In this document: positions 11,746 to 25,400 of the stretch, one piece after another
Layout of the letters: each line of letters opens with the position of its first letter
Numbering within the stretch: the first letter of the stretch is position 1
Assembly (NCBI GenBank): GCA_965153285.1
Contig: OZ229119.1
Length of the DNA stretch: 64,000 nt
Reading direction: 5' to 3' (one strand)
Origin: Podarcis tiliguerta
Taxonomy: Eukaryota
Program-made: the position numbers and the translations under genes
Notes under the pieces: model-generated
What the model saw: only the letters and a program-made list of their open reading frames with translations
Database searches by the model: none
What the model was told of the DNA's origin: nothing

Positions 11746-14700
11746 TAGTCTATATACTAGAGTGTTTCCATTCAGTTCCACACAAAGTTCATAGGCTGAG
11801 CTGGGTCAGACATTCAGAATACTTTGTGTCTGCATTCATGTACAGAGCAAAATATGTCACATTAAATCATAGTTAAAAGCAAACTCTGAACTGGCAGTGT
11901 GTTAGTGCGAACTGGTGAAAAGTTCCTGCTCTACTTCTCCCTTGCTCCTGCTGCTGTTGTACCACTGGAAAACAAGCCAAAACATGACTTGTCCCGATTG
12001 CAGAACCCAAGATTCTTCTTTTGGGGGCAGAACCACAAGTCTGAGTCTGGACATTATGAAGAGTCAGATTTCTAGCTTGTTGGTGCAACAACAGCAGGCA
12101 TAGACAAGGAGCACAGCAGCATTTCAGCAGCGTTCACTGACCTATTCACATTAAACCATAGTTTGTTTTAGTTTGTGGTTTATTATGAACCAGGCCAATG
12201 TGCTGTCTGGGGCATCCATTGATATAGCTGCAGCTTTCTGGTGGCATTTTTTGAGACTGTGGCAACACATTTTTCAGCTGTTTCGATCTCGGTAATCACT
12301 CTGGCAATGCTGGGTATCCTTGGATGATATTTTGCCTTTGGCATTTGAATGAGTTCATGGAGCAAACAGGGAACATCTTGTGGATAATATTTTATCACTC
12401 CTTGAGCATTCTAGATCCCATGAAGAGCAATACGGGAGCTGGGCTGTGCACCAATACACCACTTCTCCTGATATCCATGCTTACAGAACAAATATCTGCA
12501 GGAGAGTGTCTTCAAGTCTACAGTCATATTTACAAAGGCTTTTTCATGATCTGGAGCCATTTGTGCATTTGGATACCAGGCGAGGGGTTTCTTAGCACAT
12601 GTGACATTAGAGGCTACTACCATTGCTTTGCTCTTCATGGGAGCCAGAATGCCTGAATGGGGCTTTTGGATGTCTGAAATTGCCTTAAAGGACTTCTGCA
12701 TTGTTAGATAATGCGTCTCTTCTAGAATTGTTCAATTGCTGTCAGTGAGAATACTGTGGATTTGGGGTACTAGGGGTAAAGCTTGCTCAAGTTAGTTGTA
12801 ATGGAATTACGAACTGTGTCTTTTAATTCAGGTTCTTACATCTTTAAATATTCAGAAACAGTAAATGAATTCCACAATGCTGACATTTTATAGTATTAAT
12901 AATGATTATATTAATTCAAGTTAATTATGTCCAGACACTCAGAATCATGTATAACTAATTGAATCTTATTTTCCCTAGAGTGTTTCAAGTGGTTGCAGAC
13001 AACTAGTGATTAGATGTTCAAAAAAATTAGAAGTTGCAGTGTATTTGGGTAGGTAATGGCAGCACAGACTTTCATGCTACAAGTCGAATCCTGAGATCCA
13101 TATGCCTAATGCTCAACTGAATAGGCACTAGTGATTAGTTATTTCTGGGATGTAAAGATTGTCTGTATGTCTGGTTCCTCTATGTATTAAGGATTTTAAT
13201 CTGAGGCGTTTATTTTCCAAATATAAATTTATGACTAGATTAACAGTGAGTTTAGTTATCAGCCTGCAACATTTGTGTCAAATTCTTTTTCATCTTTATG
13301 CTCCTTTTGTCAGTCACCCCCTAGTGTCAGGCATCTTCCTAAACTCATATATGCTCTTTATTCATTGACCAAATATAAGGGCGCTGTGAGAACATTTAGA
13401 ACAACTCCTAAAAATAAGGCACTAGACATCCAGCAATTCCTATCATTATTTCCTTGTTGTGTTCTTCAAGCATTTAAGTATTTGGAGGCATCCCAGAAAA
13501 ATACACTTTGACTAAATCCCATTGAAAGCAAAGTAGAACTTGGTTGCCACTAATAAGCCGCAAGAGACTTACTCATCATAATTAACTTCTGCTGGGTTCA
13601 CAAATCAATGCAACCCTATTTGCATTAGTGGGAGTCTTTCCAGGCCAAAGTAGATGTGGTATAGTGCCCAATGCAGTTAGCTTCTTCAGAGGGGGATTTT
13701 TCCCCAGGACCACAGCAGGAGCAGAAAGGATCAAAATCCCCCTCTTAGCCTGCTGCGATTGCAGCAATTCAGCTTCCAATAGTTGCCATTTGCTTTAAAC
13801 CTGCAGTTTAAATGCAAAGCATGCTTTAACATCACATCTCTTTTGGCCCTCAATATTGGCTGGAGTGGTAGTGGGAGCCCTGTGAATGGACTTCTTAAAT
13901 TTCAGGTTTTATATGCCAATGATCTCCCTTCATAATATTATTTACAAGTAAATGCATTGCAAAACTGAGATGTACATGTCCATAGCTATGTACTATTAAA
14001 GTTAAAGTTTTGAATAAAGCATATCCTTAAGGTCTTAGTCCAACTCTGCCGCTGCAATTATAGAGAGAACTCACTTAAGTAATTAACACTCAGTAAAATA
14101 ATTAACTGGGGGGGGAAAGATCTACACTACGAAGTCAGACCTTGGCATATTCTTACTTTTCTATCCTTGTTTCAGCACAAATTTCTGTTTTCCTTTTCTA
14201 AGTGTTTTGAGAAAATATGGTTATTTTCTTTTATCACTTACTCAATATCCCCACCCACTGAAAACAAACGTTGAGTACTGAAGGTGTGTGATCATGGAGA
14301 TAATGAGCATTAATTTGCATTCCTCTTTTGCGGTCATCTGTGTTCCTTTTAGCTTCTTCTGGGACATATTTTATGAACATGACAGGGAGTTAAATAAGTC
14401 ACCCGTGTTTCAGCCTGGTCTTGCCGATAAGTCTTCCTCATTTATATACAAACTGGCAAATGTTTTGGGATCTGAACATGAAGTCCCCTTATGAACGATA
14501 GTGTGAAGTGCTGCACACACACCTAATTGTGCTTCAAATCCTCAGGCAAAGTGTTACTAAGCAGATTATTCACACGTACCCTTAAGCTATAAGAAGATGA
14601 AGTGAAAAGCAGAAATGTATGGGTAAATAAGTATTTAAGTTTGTTGGCACCATGACAGATAGATGTACAGAAAGACTTGCTGAATTTGACGTGCTACTGC

Positions 14701-17700
14701 CCAGATTTAAAAATGCATTGTGACGTACACCCCAAACTCTGAGCGGTGAGAGACTTCAAGGGTGCCAGCTCATATTTCAGATCACTGGAATGAAGGTAAC
14801 TAGAAACTGTAGTTTCTCTGTGATATGTGGTTTTTTTATACTTATATGCAAGCTGGGATTGAGATGGAAGGGCTCACAGCATCAACACTCCTAACAGATC
14901 TTGCTCCCCCATTAGGTTTCATAGTTGTAGGTTTGGACTTTGCACAAAGAGCAAGTCTGTGTCTTCTGTGTCTTCCCACCTTCAGGTGAGATTAGCCCCT
15001 AGCCTATTGTTCTACCCCCTAGGAGGGTTAGAAGGGAAGGGCCTGCTCCTTCCTTCTGGAAGCATCACAAGCTAGTTATTTTTATGGCAACACATGTGTA
15101 CTTGACCAACTTTAGATATGAAAAGGGATGCTTAGCAGGCTTGGCTAGGGCAAATAATTTAGATTGGTTTGATCACTTCAGCAGCTCCATCTGCTACAGA
15201 ATTCCATCTAAAGCCATAAGCTTGGAGGGGACCCCAATATGGCATTCAAACCACCACAATCCATTATATAGCAGTATATAAGTTGCAGAAGCTGATAAAT
15301 TTGCACATGTTTTTCCTTGCTTGTGCTTCTTTGATATCCTGGATACCAATCAAGTGTGAAAAAAGGCAAAGGGAGGAGAGAATCCAGATGTTTTATGATT
15401 GATCCAGCACAGGGATAACTTTTCGACTGACCACCAGTTGGCTCACTCACTGGTTTCTCCCTTGAACGTGGCTTTTGAGAACAGCTGGCTTGTTCCTACT
15501 GGATTCTCAAAGTGCATCTGCAAAGAGGTTTTTATGGGAGTCAAGTGCAGGGCAACCTTACCATGGAGTGACTTGAAACAGTGCTTTCAAGTGACAGATT
15601 TCAATGTGGTGCTATTTTCTTACCTCCAGCTTCCCTAAAAGTTTAACCAGTTAATGTTACTGCATTGACAGAAGGCATCTATCCACAGAATGGGAAAGGA
15701 AGCAATCTTTCGGCAATTCCTTCTCTCCGCTGCCCCCCCACCCACCCACCCACCAAACTTCTCTGAAGTGCCAACCATCTTTCTGGAGCAATTTGGGAAA
15801 AGGGTGAATGTGGCTACATGGGGGGAGGAGATATAACAGAAAATTGTCTCCAAACCTATTCTGCTGATGGTTGACTTCCATCAGCAATGTGACACCCAGT
15901 GGATTTCAGTCTTGGAAAGGGAGTGCCAAGTCTAGACCAGCAGACTATATCTGTAATATAGTTGCACTCTTGGTCCTGCATCCATTTGTGGTGCAAATGG
16001 GAGCAACTGTACAGCAGCATTGGGCTGTTTGTCTACATTACATTGTCTGCAGGTTCATGCAGACAAACAGCCCAACATTATTTGCATGCATTTCACCTGC
16101 ATTTACTAGGATCATTTCCCACATATCTTTTGTTTAGCTCTGAAGCATGAGAATCTCCCATTATCTGTATCGCTGTGCAAATATCTACCCATATGTAGCC
16201 AATGTGTTGAATTTCTCACAATACTAAGAATGCCAAATCTATTCATGGCAATAATTGCACTGGCACAGAATCTGTTTGGTCCCTGTGAGATTCTTAAAGG
16301 AGACTATTCCATGAACGGCCTTAGGTTTTTTGGGAGGTGGGGGTGGGCGGCGATCAGCCATTTAGCCTCAACCTCAGCCTACTTCAACTCATTTCAGAGA
16401 TCCAACAGATAAGGTACAAGACCAAAGTAGCTCTGCAGAATATTTCTGTTCCACAGAGGATTTCACCTTGATCTCAATAGACTGATGAAAAGCTCGTGCA
16501 ACAGTTCAGCTCTTTTTTCTGACTTTAATGATATCATTTGGAGTGAATGTGGTCTATGATGACAAACACTGCAGCTCATTAAAATGTGGTCCCCAACTGT
16601 TCTTCTGTCTAGCAATTTTATAAATTACTAATGAGAATTAGATTTACATCCCCCCGTTATACTTAGATTCTCCACTTACACTGGAATCCTATGTATGTTT
16701 ACACAAAAGTTTACTAAGCCAATAGAACTTTATCCCAGGAAAGTGTCATAGCAGGGGTGACTAGTGGCTAACTTGTTGGCCATATTCAGCCTTGGCCAAT
16801 GCTTTAGGGTCCATATGCCTACAGCAGATATGAGCAAACCTGGGTGCAGCTGATCCATTCATACATGACAGAGGGAGAGAGTTCTGCCACCTTGCAGTCC
16901 AATACACTCTTACCAATGGGACTTCCTTCTGTATAGACACGTCTAGAGTTGCACTCTTGGTAGCCTACAGACCTGTCTTCTTTGAATAAAAATGCTGCAA
17001 TGTGCAGAGGTTGATAATGATGAATACAAAACCTTCAAACACTGTAATAATGACGATGACCACAGCAATCATTCATGACTAGGTGCAAAATGTCAAAATT
17101 GGAAAGAATTGTATCTCATGTTGTATCCTTAAATAATGTGACATTACATCTTGGTGTGTTTTTTAAAGTGCAAATGCTTATCTGTTTGAGACATATCACA
17201 TCCCTACAAGAGGTCTAAAAGTTGTAGTACTTTCCCCGATTTAATTATCTTGCACTTTCCAGATGCAGTCTGTCTGCTATTGACATGGGAAATTTCATTT
17301 TGTTGCAATATCTTTCGCGTGTGTCTCCTTGATATTGATAACAGTTGCTTGTGTTGGTGCTTATCTCCTTTTTAATTCTGAAAATGTAATAAAGAAAGGA
17401 AATACAAGTAGCAGCTAGATGCTGTGGTTAGGCAGACAGCCTTCAAAGCCTTGCATCAAAATCAAGTTAATACTGAGGGAAACATAGTACGCTTCTTGTA
17501 GCTTAAGTTTTTCTTTTATTATTTTCATACGCCGCTATCTTGAGGCAACACAGTTCACAAGGCACTGTTTCAGCATGCCGACAAAACAAACCATGGTCCA
17601 AACAATAAGGAAATGAAAGAGGTTCCCGTGGGATTCCCTGTTACATTTCCGAGCAAGTTTTTGGAATGTATGGTTAATTATCACATTTGTCTACACTGTG

Positions 17701-19319
17701 ATTCTTTCATGCACATTTATGTTTGGATTCATTTCCTAAACAAAACATCCATACTTAATCATGCAGTTCAGTGGGGCTAATCAGAATGGTGGCTCAGTCA
17801 CACTGAAATCATTGGGCGTGGAAGGGCAGGATGCTTTGCAAGTGTTCCACAACAAAATTACGCACAGGTGGCAAGTTGGTGCACGGACCTCTTTTAATAG
17901 GTGTGAATTTGATTTTTGCATTTCTTTAGAAAATGGAAGCAGTCAAGATTTGAGCAAGGGCAGCCCACTCTATTACATTTCATTTTGGCCACACTCTGAG
18001 CAAATGTTGCTGGGCAAAGTCGTTGCAAGGCAAAAGGAAAACAGTGTTCTGTATGAGCAGTGGCTTTGAGTTGACATCTTTGGTATTTCTGTGTGTGTTT
18101 GGGCCATGAAAAAGACTTTGTTTATTGCTTTGTTCTATGACTGGACAGCAGGTGGGACAATCAAGCACATCTGGTATGTTGGCTTTGTAAGGAGAGGTTT
18201 TTTGTTTTTTTTTAGTTCGCTGTTATCTCCCTGCAAATAAAAAGGTGAGCAGGTGCAGGCAGGATGGAACATTTCCTTTCTTTAGCATAATTTGAGCTAT
18301 TTCAGCTGAGAACAAGAAGGCTGTAATGAATGGAATCCCTTTCTGTGTTGAACAGACTGGACGTTGTATCATCACACACCCCAGGTGCAAAGGTATAAGT
18401 CTCCACATACGGGCCTTTTTTCATATGACATGGTAAACCAAACTTGGATTTCACAAGACTGCACAGGTTTGCAGCTGCTTTGCTTCTCCCTGGTCTGTTT
18501 TGCTGCCATGCCAGACTAAGTGGCTTAGCGTGCTGTGTGAAGCAGCTGACAGCTCAGGCCAATGAGAAGAGGGACATTTTAGAAACGTTTTAGAAACAGT
18601 TGTAGAATTTGCAGGAACAAGTCAACATGAGTTGAATAAACGTTTATTGTCATTTGGCTGCTCTAGCCCATGGGTGATCAGTTTTTACTCAAAGTAGACC
18701 CATTCAAATGACTAAACCTGACTTGGAGTAAATATGCATGCAACATTGTACATTTGCATATAACATGAGATAATTGGTCATATTTTTAACAGAATGGGGA
18801 AGGGGAACCTCACTGTTCATTAGGAATAAAAAATGAATCATATTTTGGGAGGAGGGTGGAATCTGTATGAATAGCCTTGACATTGAAATATTCAGAAAAT
18901 TCCATCCCTACCTATCACATCTGGCTGCTTTCTACATTTCATTACTAAAACAATAAGTTCTCATCTTTCAGTTTGACCCTGAGAATCAGCTTCAAAACAT
19001 TTTTGTCTCTTGGTAAGGTTAAGCAGACTGCTGGCTCATTGTATTGCCTCAATTAAGCAAAAGACATGTTGAACAGTCTTCTATGGGCACGAGTTAAGGC
19101 AAACTGGCCTCACATGTGGACACTCTAAAGCTAGTTGAGAAAGGGGATCATCCCACTTGTTGGCGTGTTGCTGCTGATGAAGCCAAATTGCATACAGTTG
19201 GTGAGGCATTTATCGCTCCCTACCCCCATAGTGTACAAATTGTAAGAGAAAGGAAGAGGAATGCCGGCCCCAAAATGCCCAGGGCTCACCAGCTCCACTT
19301 GCTGTTAGCATTTTTAAGT

Positions 19320-19500
19320 AGAATGGCAGGCCTAAATCATTCATAATCGGGTGGTGTCACCTTTAAATGGTTAATTCTCACAAAAGATAATGCAACTTAT
19401 TAATGGTGATTGACAGTTTAATTAGGGCTTCCCACCCCCCTTTTTCACTTATCATTTGTGTGCTTGTCTTAGCAATTGATGTTCGGTCGAGAGAATAATC
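19320..19500. promoter_or_regulatory. Candidate developmental enhancer / conserved non-coding element
   Basis: Unique AT-rich block with a perfect PBX-MEIS/PREP decamer TGATTGACAG (19407-19416) next to TTAATTA, plus further TAAT cores. Confidence 0.5.
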
Positions 19501-19999
19501 CTTAAAAGGTTGGTGTCAGGAGTTGAGAAGGCATGAGAGCATAATGCTGCTCTCCATCTTTTGCCATCCCTACAGCTGACATTTTACCTTTTCAGCTTTT
19601 AATAACCATGGCTTCTTTCGTTCCACACCACTGGGTTTACCTGCATCCAGATACTAGCTGTGTTTCCCCTTATATTCATTTTTAACAAGTGTCCACTCAA
19701 GCAGGACAATGGAGATGTAAATCAATTACATGGCTATGACCAACAACCCCTCAATGGCAGTTAAGTGGCGAGTGCTGGATTTAACAAGCTTTGCTTGAAG
19801 ACCTGATATTATGTGGCATAACAACACTGCAGTGTCCAGCCAGTTTTGTGGACTGGGCATAGCTTTAGAATGAGCAATGCTATCTCTCGACTGGCATCGC
19901 TGCATTTACAAGGCATTAAAATGGGACCTTTTTTAGAGGGATAAGAGATCATAGAGTGGCTCTTTGAATCTTTTGATCATTTTTGAGATGGTGTTAAAA

Positions 20000-20160
20000 T
20001 AAGAACATGAGCCTGCAGGATCAGGCCAGTGGCCCATCTAGTCCAGCATCCTGTTTTCACAGTGGCCGACAAAATGCCTGTGAGAAACCAGTAAGCATGA
20101 TTTGACTACAAGAGCACTCTTTCTTCCTGCTGTTCCCTGCAGCTAGTTTTCAGAAGCATT
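20000..20160 (-). mobile_element. CR1 LINE 3' end
   Basis: taagaacat tail followed by ggatcaggccagtggcccatctagtccagcatcctg. Confidence 0.75.
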
Positions 20161-20469
20161 TAAATAAGCAAAAGTCCCAATACCTCCATGTTGAATGTTA
20201 GATGTGCAGTAAGTATCATTGCCATTATAAACTGGTGATATCCCAAACCAATTAAAAAAGAACCCATTTACTCAACTCCAGCCTGTTTCGGCATTCCCAA
20301 CACAGTTGTAATTTCATGGTAGTGATGAGTAGTCTGTAGCTGCTGGCACTGCCTCCAGATCTTTCTCCCCTGCCATCCACATACTGGAGGGTGTGTGTGC
20401 CTCAAAAGGGATGGCCACTGTTCATGCACAGGTTCTTACCTTTATTTGGAACTCTGAGCATGGACGTCC

Positions 20470-20930
20470 AGAGCACCTAATGTGGTGCTTTCCAGATGTT
20501 GGGAATCGCATTGTCCATCAGTCCCAGCCAGTGTAGCCAATGGCCAAGAGCAGGGGTCAGCAAACTTTTTCAGCAAGGAGCTGGCCCACTGTCCCTCAGA
20601 CCTTGGGGGGGGGGGCGGACTACATTTTGAAAAAATAAAATAAAATGAACGAATTCCTATGCCCCACAAATAACCCAGAGATGCATTTTAAATAAAAGCA
20701 CATGTAAAAACGCCAGGCAGGCCCCCAAATAATCCAGAGATGCATTTTAAATAAAAGGACGCATTCTACTCATGTAAAAACACACTGATTCCCAAACCGT
20801 CCACGGGCCGGAGTTAGAAGACGATTGGGCTGGATCCGGCCCCCGGGCCTTAGTTTGCCTACCCATGGTCAAGAGTGATGGGAGTTGTAATCCAGCAACA
20901 TCTGGGAGAACATGATCTTTCCTACCCCTA
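20470..20930. mobile_element. Short hAT-type MITE interrupted by a second hAT element
   Basis: Removing 20551-20875 restores ccagatgttgg...ccatca.tccc..cc...tggccaagag|tgatgggagttgtaatccagcaacatctgg, the family seen at 3022 and 35054. Confidence 0.75.
20551..20867. mobile_element. hAT (Charlie-like) non-autonomous element, 317 bp
   Basis: TIRs caggggtcagcaaact / agtttgcctacccatg (13/16); 8-bp TSD gccaagag / gtcaagag; internal ~50-bp direct repeat containing ccagagatgcattttaaataaaag. Confidence 0.88.
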
Positions 20931-21559
20931 GACTTTCATATGCAGAGTCAACTTTGCAGATGTTCTCCCATCTGTGCAAGTGATGAGCAGACAAATATGG
21001 TGGGAATGTGACAGTGGGCAGCACATCTAGTAGGCACAGTTCCACACCCTTGCCCACCACATACGGCTATAGCTATGTTCACAAGAATGTCCAAATAGAG
21101 CTTGTCAACATGGTATACATCCCCACAGATGATTCCTAACAGGCTCTCTCTGCATAAGGTAAATTTATATTTGCCATGATCCAAGTTCTTCATTCTTGCA
21201 TCAATGTAAAGTCAGTAGCCTTTAGAAAAACAACAACTGGACTTCAACTCCTGTCAGCCCCAGACATCAGAATAAGTGATCAGAGATGATGGTGGGCCAC
21301 AAGTTGCCCATTGCTGATTTATGATGTTAGAAGTTAAAAAACCTGAGTATATGAGATAACCAAGTTTACAGATGAAGCATCATTACCCAGGCAGTCTCCA
21401 CACTTGATGACGGGGCAACAAAATGGCAGACAGGAGTATGTCAATGTTAAAGTAATGCACACTGGAAGAACCACAGAAATAATGAAACTTCATATTCTGA
21501 ATTGGCTGTGACTGCTCAGGGGTGGGGGGGAAGATTGTTTCTAGTAGGAGGCACACTGC

Positions 21560-21755
21560 AAATGTCAGCTCTGAGCTGCATCAGTGAAAAGACAAATTCA
21601 GTGCTAGGAATTATTAGACAGGAGACTGAAAGCAAACAGCAAGTGTCACCATGCCATCATATAAATCTGTGGTGTACCTAAGTTTGGATTACTGCTTGCA
21701 TTTCCTCTGCTCTTTCTCTCAAAACAGGATGCTGTAGAGCTGGAGAAATCACAGC
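21560..21755 (+). mobile_element. Degenerate CR1 ORF2 fragment
   Basis: aaattcagtgctaggaattatt..., tataaatctgtggtg...ttggattactgc and gtagagctggagaaa encode decayed NSxLGII / YKSxV..LxYC / VELEK motifs. Confidence 0.7.
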
Positions 21756-21819
21756 AGTCCTCCCTGGGGAAAAGAAAAAAAAGACTAAAGAGCAGAGCTA
21801 AATCTTTCTCCCCATTTTT

Positions 21820-22330
21820 AAATGTTATTTACTTATTAACCACTTGGATATTTACAAAACATCCCAAAGTAGTTTACAAAATATTTATTGCATATGCAAT
21901 AAAACAATATACAAGCAGCAATGAACTACAATTCCATACCTTCACAGTGGCCAGTAATGCTTAGGTGAACAAAGAAAAAGTCTTCAGCATATGGTGGAAA
22001 CATAAAATTTTTGTTACATGCCTTATTGCTATGAGGAGTATGCTGTAACTCTAAAAGCCCTAATCTGGTTACCTGAGTGGCTGATTTCAGAAGCATGTGG
22101 CAACACTTGGAGGGCCTCTTTGAATTATCTCAGTCTGGTTCGTAAGAGAGAAGGAAGTCTCCCAAGGAACTTCTGCATGAAATGCACCTTTAACTCATCT
22201 TCTGTGCACACTTTCCATGTTTTGTTTCATGGGGCAGATTGCAGGGGAAATGCATATCCAGTCAGTCTGCACGTGCTACAGGCATCAAAATTTTGCTGTC
22301 ATGAAAATCTGAAATAACTAGCTCATCAAG
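21820..22330 (-). mobile_element. Old L2-like fragment lying between two CR1 pieces
   Basis: ttatttacttatt tail, caaagtagtttaca and gaacaaagaaaaagtcttcagc..ggtggaaac resemble the reverse complement of an L2 3' end. Confidence 0.45.
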
Positions 22331-22469
22331 GAGCGAGGGACCAGATCTGCCTCCAGCTTTCTAAGTGCAAGAAGATTTTTATATAAAAGAGTATTTGTAC
22401 CCTACTGCTACTGCACTCTCGAATGGTGTAAGCTCAACAGTTAGGGATTGTACCCAAGGATTTTTATGG

Positions 22470-22685
22470 CTCTAAAGAGGAACATGACCACGCTTTATAA
22501 AAGTATGAACAGCATGTAGAGAAAAAATGAGATAAATTGATTTCTTTTGGAACATTGGGTCATCCAGTCAAATTGTTTGGCAGTACATTTGGAGCAATGA
22601 AAAGAAAGTATGAAGTATTTGGCACAGGATGCACCAGTGGACAATCTTGTATGCTTTTTAAAAGGGTGTGTGTTGGACTATCAAT
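22470..22685 (+). mobile_element. Degenerate CR1 ORF2 end (continuation of 21560-21755)
   Basis: ctaaagaggaacatga..tttataaaagtatga; gggtcatccagtcaaattg...aaaagaaagta; gctttttaaaaggg. Confidence 0.6.
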
Positions 22686-24119
22686 AAAAGTTTACTCTTC
22701 CTTTTAACCAGCCACATACACCATTTCATGCCCCCCCCTCCCTCACTCCGTTTTCTGCCTCCTCCTTTAGAGTTAGCATCCCCTAGTCCCTGATTATGTG
22801 CAGTTCTTGTTGCGTTGTTTCCCCCTTAGGGTTTGGATTCCCCCCCCCCCCCCCCGTTGAAGGGGTGGGTTGTATTTTTGCAAATCTCTTGGTTCCCCTG
22901 AAGTCTGCTGATCCCTCTGTCTTGTGTATTGGATAAGCTGTTTGGACTACATATAAAACAGCAGCCACAGCCATAACATTTGCTTGTTTGGGTTGAATTA
23001 GCTCAGTCTGAAAGTGTTGTTGTTGTTTGTTCTCGCACATATCTCAGGATTACCCCAAGTTTGCTGATACTTCTACAGCACTCAGGAGAAATTTGCATTT
23101 TTAAGAATTCCATTTTCTTTCTACTCTGTGACCTCTCTGCTCCAATCTGTAATTCAGCTTCTGCGCCACTCTGTATAAAATAAGCTCAAGGTTTCCCCAA
23201 TCAATATAACAGGGAATCTAAAAAAGTTTATAACTTTTTGCCAAAGTGGATGAAATTTAGAGGAAGACGAGCCTTCTCTGCCAAGAGAATTAATCTTGCA
23301 AAATTATTTTTGTCCAAGGCATACTTTATTTTAAAAACAAAAACAATTTTCTGTCAGAATTTTACTCAATTTGCAGGCATGGTCAGCTCACCCCCATGGT
23401 CCTTTCAGAATGATACCTGTAGTGGTTCTCCCACAAGGGCAGACTTAAATCATTTTGGTGTAGCTACAGTAGGGATCATATGGGGAAGGGGTGGGAAAAG
23501 GAGTATGGAGAGGATTCTCTATTGACTTGCATAGGGAAAGGAGGTGGTAGACTTTTGCTTCCAGGGTCGTTTGGAGTTGGGCCTCTGTCCTTCCATAGAT
23601 TTTTTTGGGATACAATGGCAATCTCTCCATTGACTTGCATTGGGGAAAACATAGATCCACTTAAACACACGCACGCACGCACACACCAATTTTAATCCCT
23701 TCCCCCAAACATTGTGAATGGAGTGCCTTGGGAAAACAATTCACTGTGATTGAAAACTAGACCTGTCCATCAAAATGAAATAATTTGTAAAAAGAGACAT
23801 TGCACATACCTTTGTAAACCAAGAAAACTTTAATTAAAATATTTTTTTTTTAAAAAAAAAGAAAAGAAATATCCTCCCACCTCTCTCCAACTCCCCTCTT
23901 GATCCCTGTCTGATTTCCTAGTTGGCTTGGTTTTGGCAGCACATTTTATAAAAAGCCAGAGGCTCAGAGCCACTTAGAAGCTTTGGGAATTAGTGGTCCA
24001 CATTGAGACTCCTTGTTAAGGGTGCAATGCTGCTTGGAAACATGGGGACATTCCCCGAATCACCCCAGTTTGCCTTGTAACTTGTCCTGATGCACACCTC
24101 CAGCTGACATATGGTAGAT

Positions 24120-24185
24120 GATATATAGATATAGATATAGATATAGATAATAGATATAGATTATAGATATAGATATAGATATATA
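24120..24185. repeat. (ATATAG)n microsatellite
   Basis: Read directly. Confidence 0.9.
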
Positions 24186-25213
24186 TTGCACACATTCTAC
24201 TTACTCATTAGTACAATGCCTATGGAGGACAGACTTATCAGCAACTTAATTGTCATGGTTTAAAGACATTCTCAATGTTCAGAGGCAGGAAATCTCTGGA
24301 TATATATGCTGGAGACAAATAACATAGGATGGCTTGAAATGACCATGCTGTGTTTGTGAACTTCCCAGAGACATATGGCTGGTCACTGTTGGAAACAAAG
24401 TGCTAGTTTGGATCTGATCCAGCAAGGTAATTATTGTGATCTTAAGCAGAAGGTTTTTGTTTGTTTGTTTGTTTAAAGATAGATGAATGACTAAGACAAA
24501 AGCAAAATGATTGGAAACTGTGACCCTGAAATTCGCTTTCCCAAAGGCATACAAAACTGCAGTAAGTAGTGCTCTGGAAGCAAGCCATTTATTTAAGTAG
24601 GGCTACTCATATATGCCACTCAGAATTAGGAAGGAAGGTCCATTTAAAGAAGAAGTCATTCTTGCCAGCAAATAATAAACTCAGTGGGGAAAATAAATCT
24701 ATGACTCGTTAACGTTACAACACAAAGTGTTCATTAACTTCAGCAAGAGGTGATTCTGAGGGAAAGTGTTACTCTCTTCCAACGTGTTAAATAAGCAATC
24801 ACACTAGGCAGGTGGTGGGCAGAGATCTATGTGTTTCCACTAGTCAACAGGTAATTTCCTGGTGGGAAATAAGATATGTTTCTCCCCCAGATAGTCAGAT
24901 ACACAATTTGTTATGCTAGATTTATAACTGTAGTGAGTTATTTGGTATGCTGGGACCAGTTATCAGACTTGTATAGCAACAAAATTGTGCCTGCTTATAA
25001 TTATATAATGACTATTGCTCCCAGACTAGCTTTAAATTGGTCTGGCCATTTTATTGTGTTGTTGTCCTCATATAGCAGTTTTACATGCTCACCCTCATGC
25101 TAAGCAATGTGTGACAGCTGTAGTTGTTGCTCTAGCCAAGATCTGAAGGTGTGGGGGGGGGGGTGTTGGAGGATATGGAGTTATGTGTTCCTCAAGCCAA
25201 GGAGATAATAACT

Positions 25214-25354
25214 GTACAACATTTAGAAGACATCTCAAGGCAGCCCTGTATAGGGAAGTTTTTTAAAATGTTTAATGTTTTATTATGTTTTAATGTATGT
25301 TGGAAGCTGCTCAGAGTGGCTGGGGCAATCCAGTCAGCTGGGTGGGGTAGCAAA

Positions 25355-25399
<45 letters not shown>
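25214..25399 (+). mobile_element. L2 3' end with (AAT)n tail
   Basis: agaagacatctcaaggcagccctg...ttggaagctgctcagagtggctgggg matches 2285-2410. Confidence 0.85.

Positions 25400-25400
<1 letters not shown>

Noticed and set aside
23514-23650. Repeated tctc(t/c)attgacttgcat(a/t)ggg motif about 107 bp apart
   Set aside because: Most likely internal repeats of a decayed transposon; no termini could be defined.
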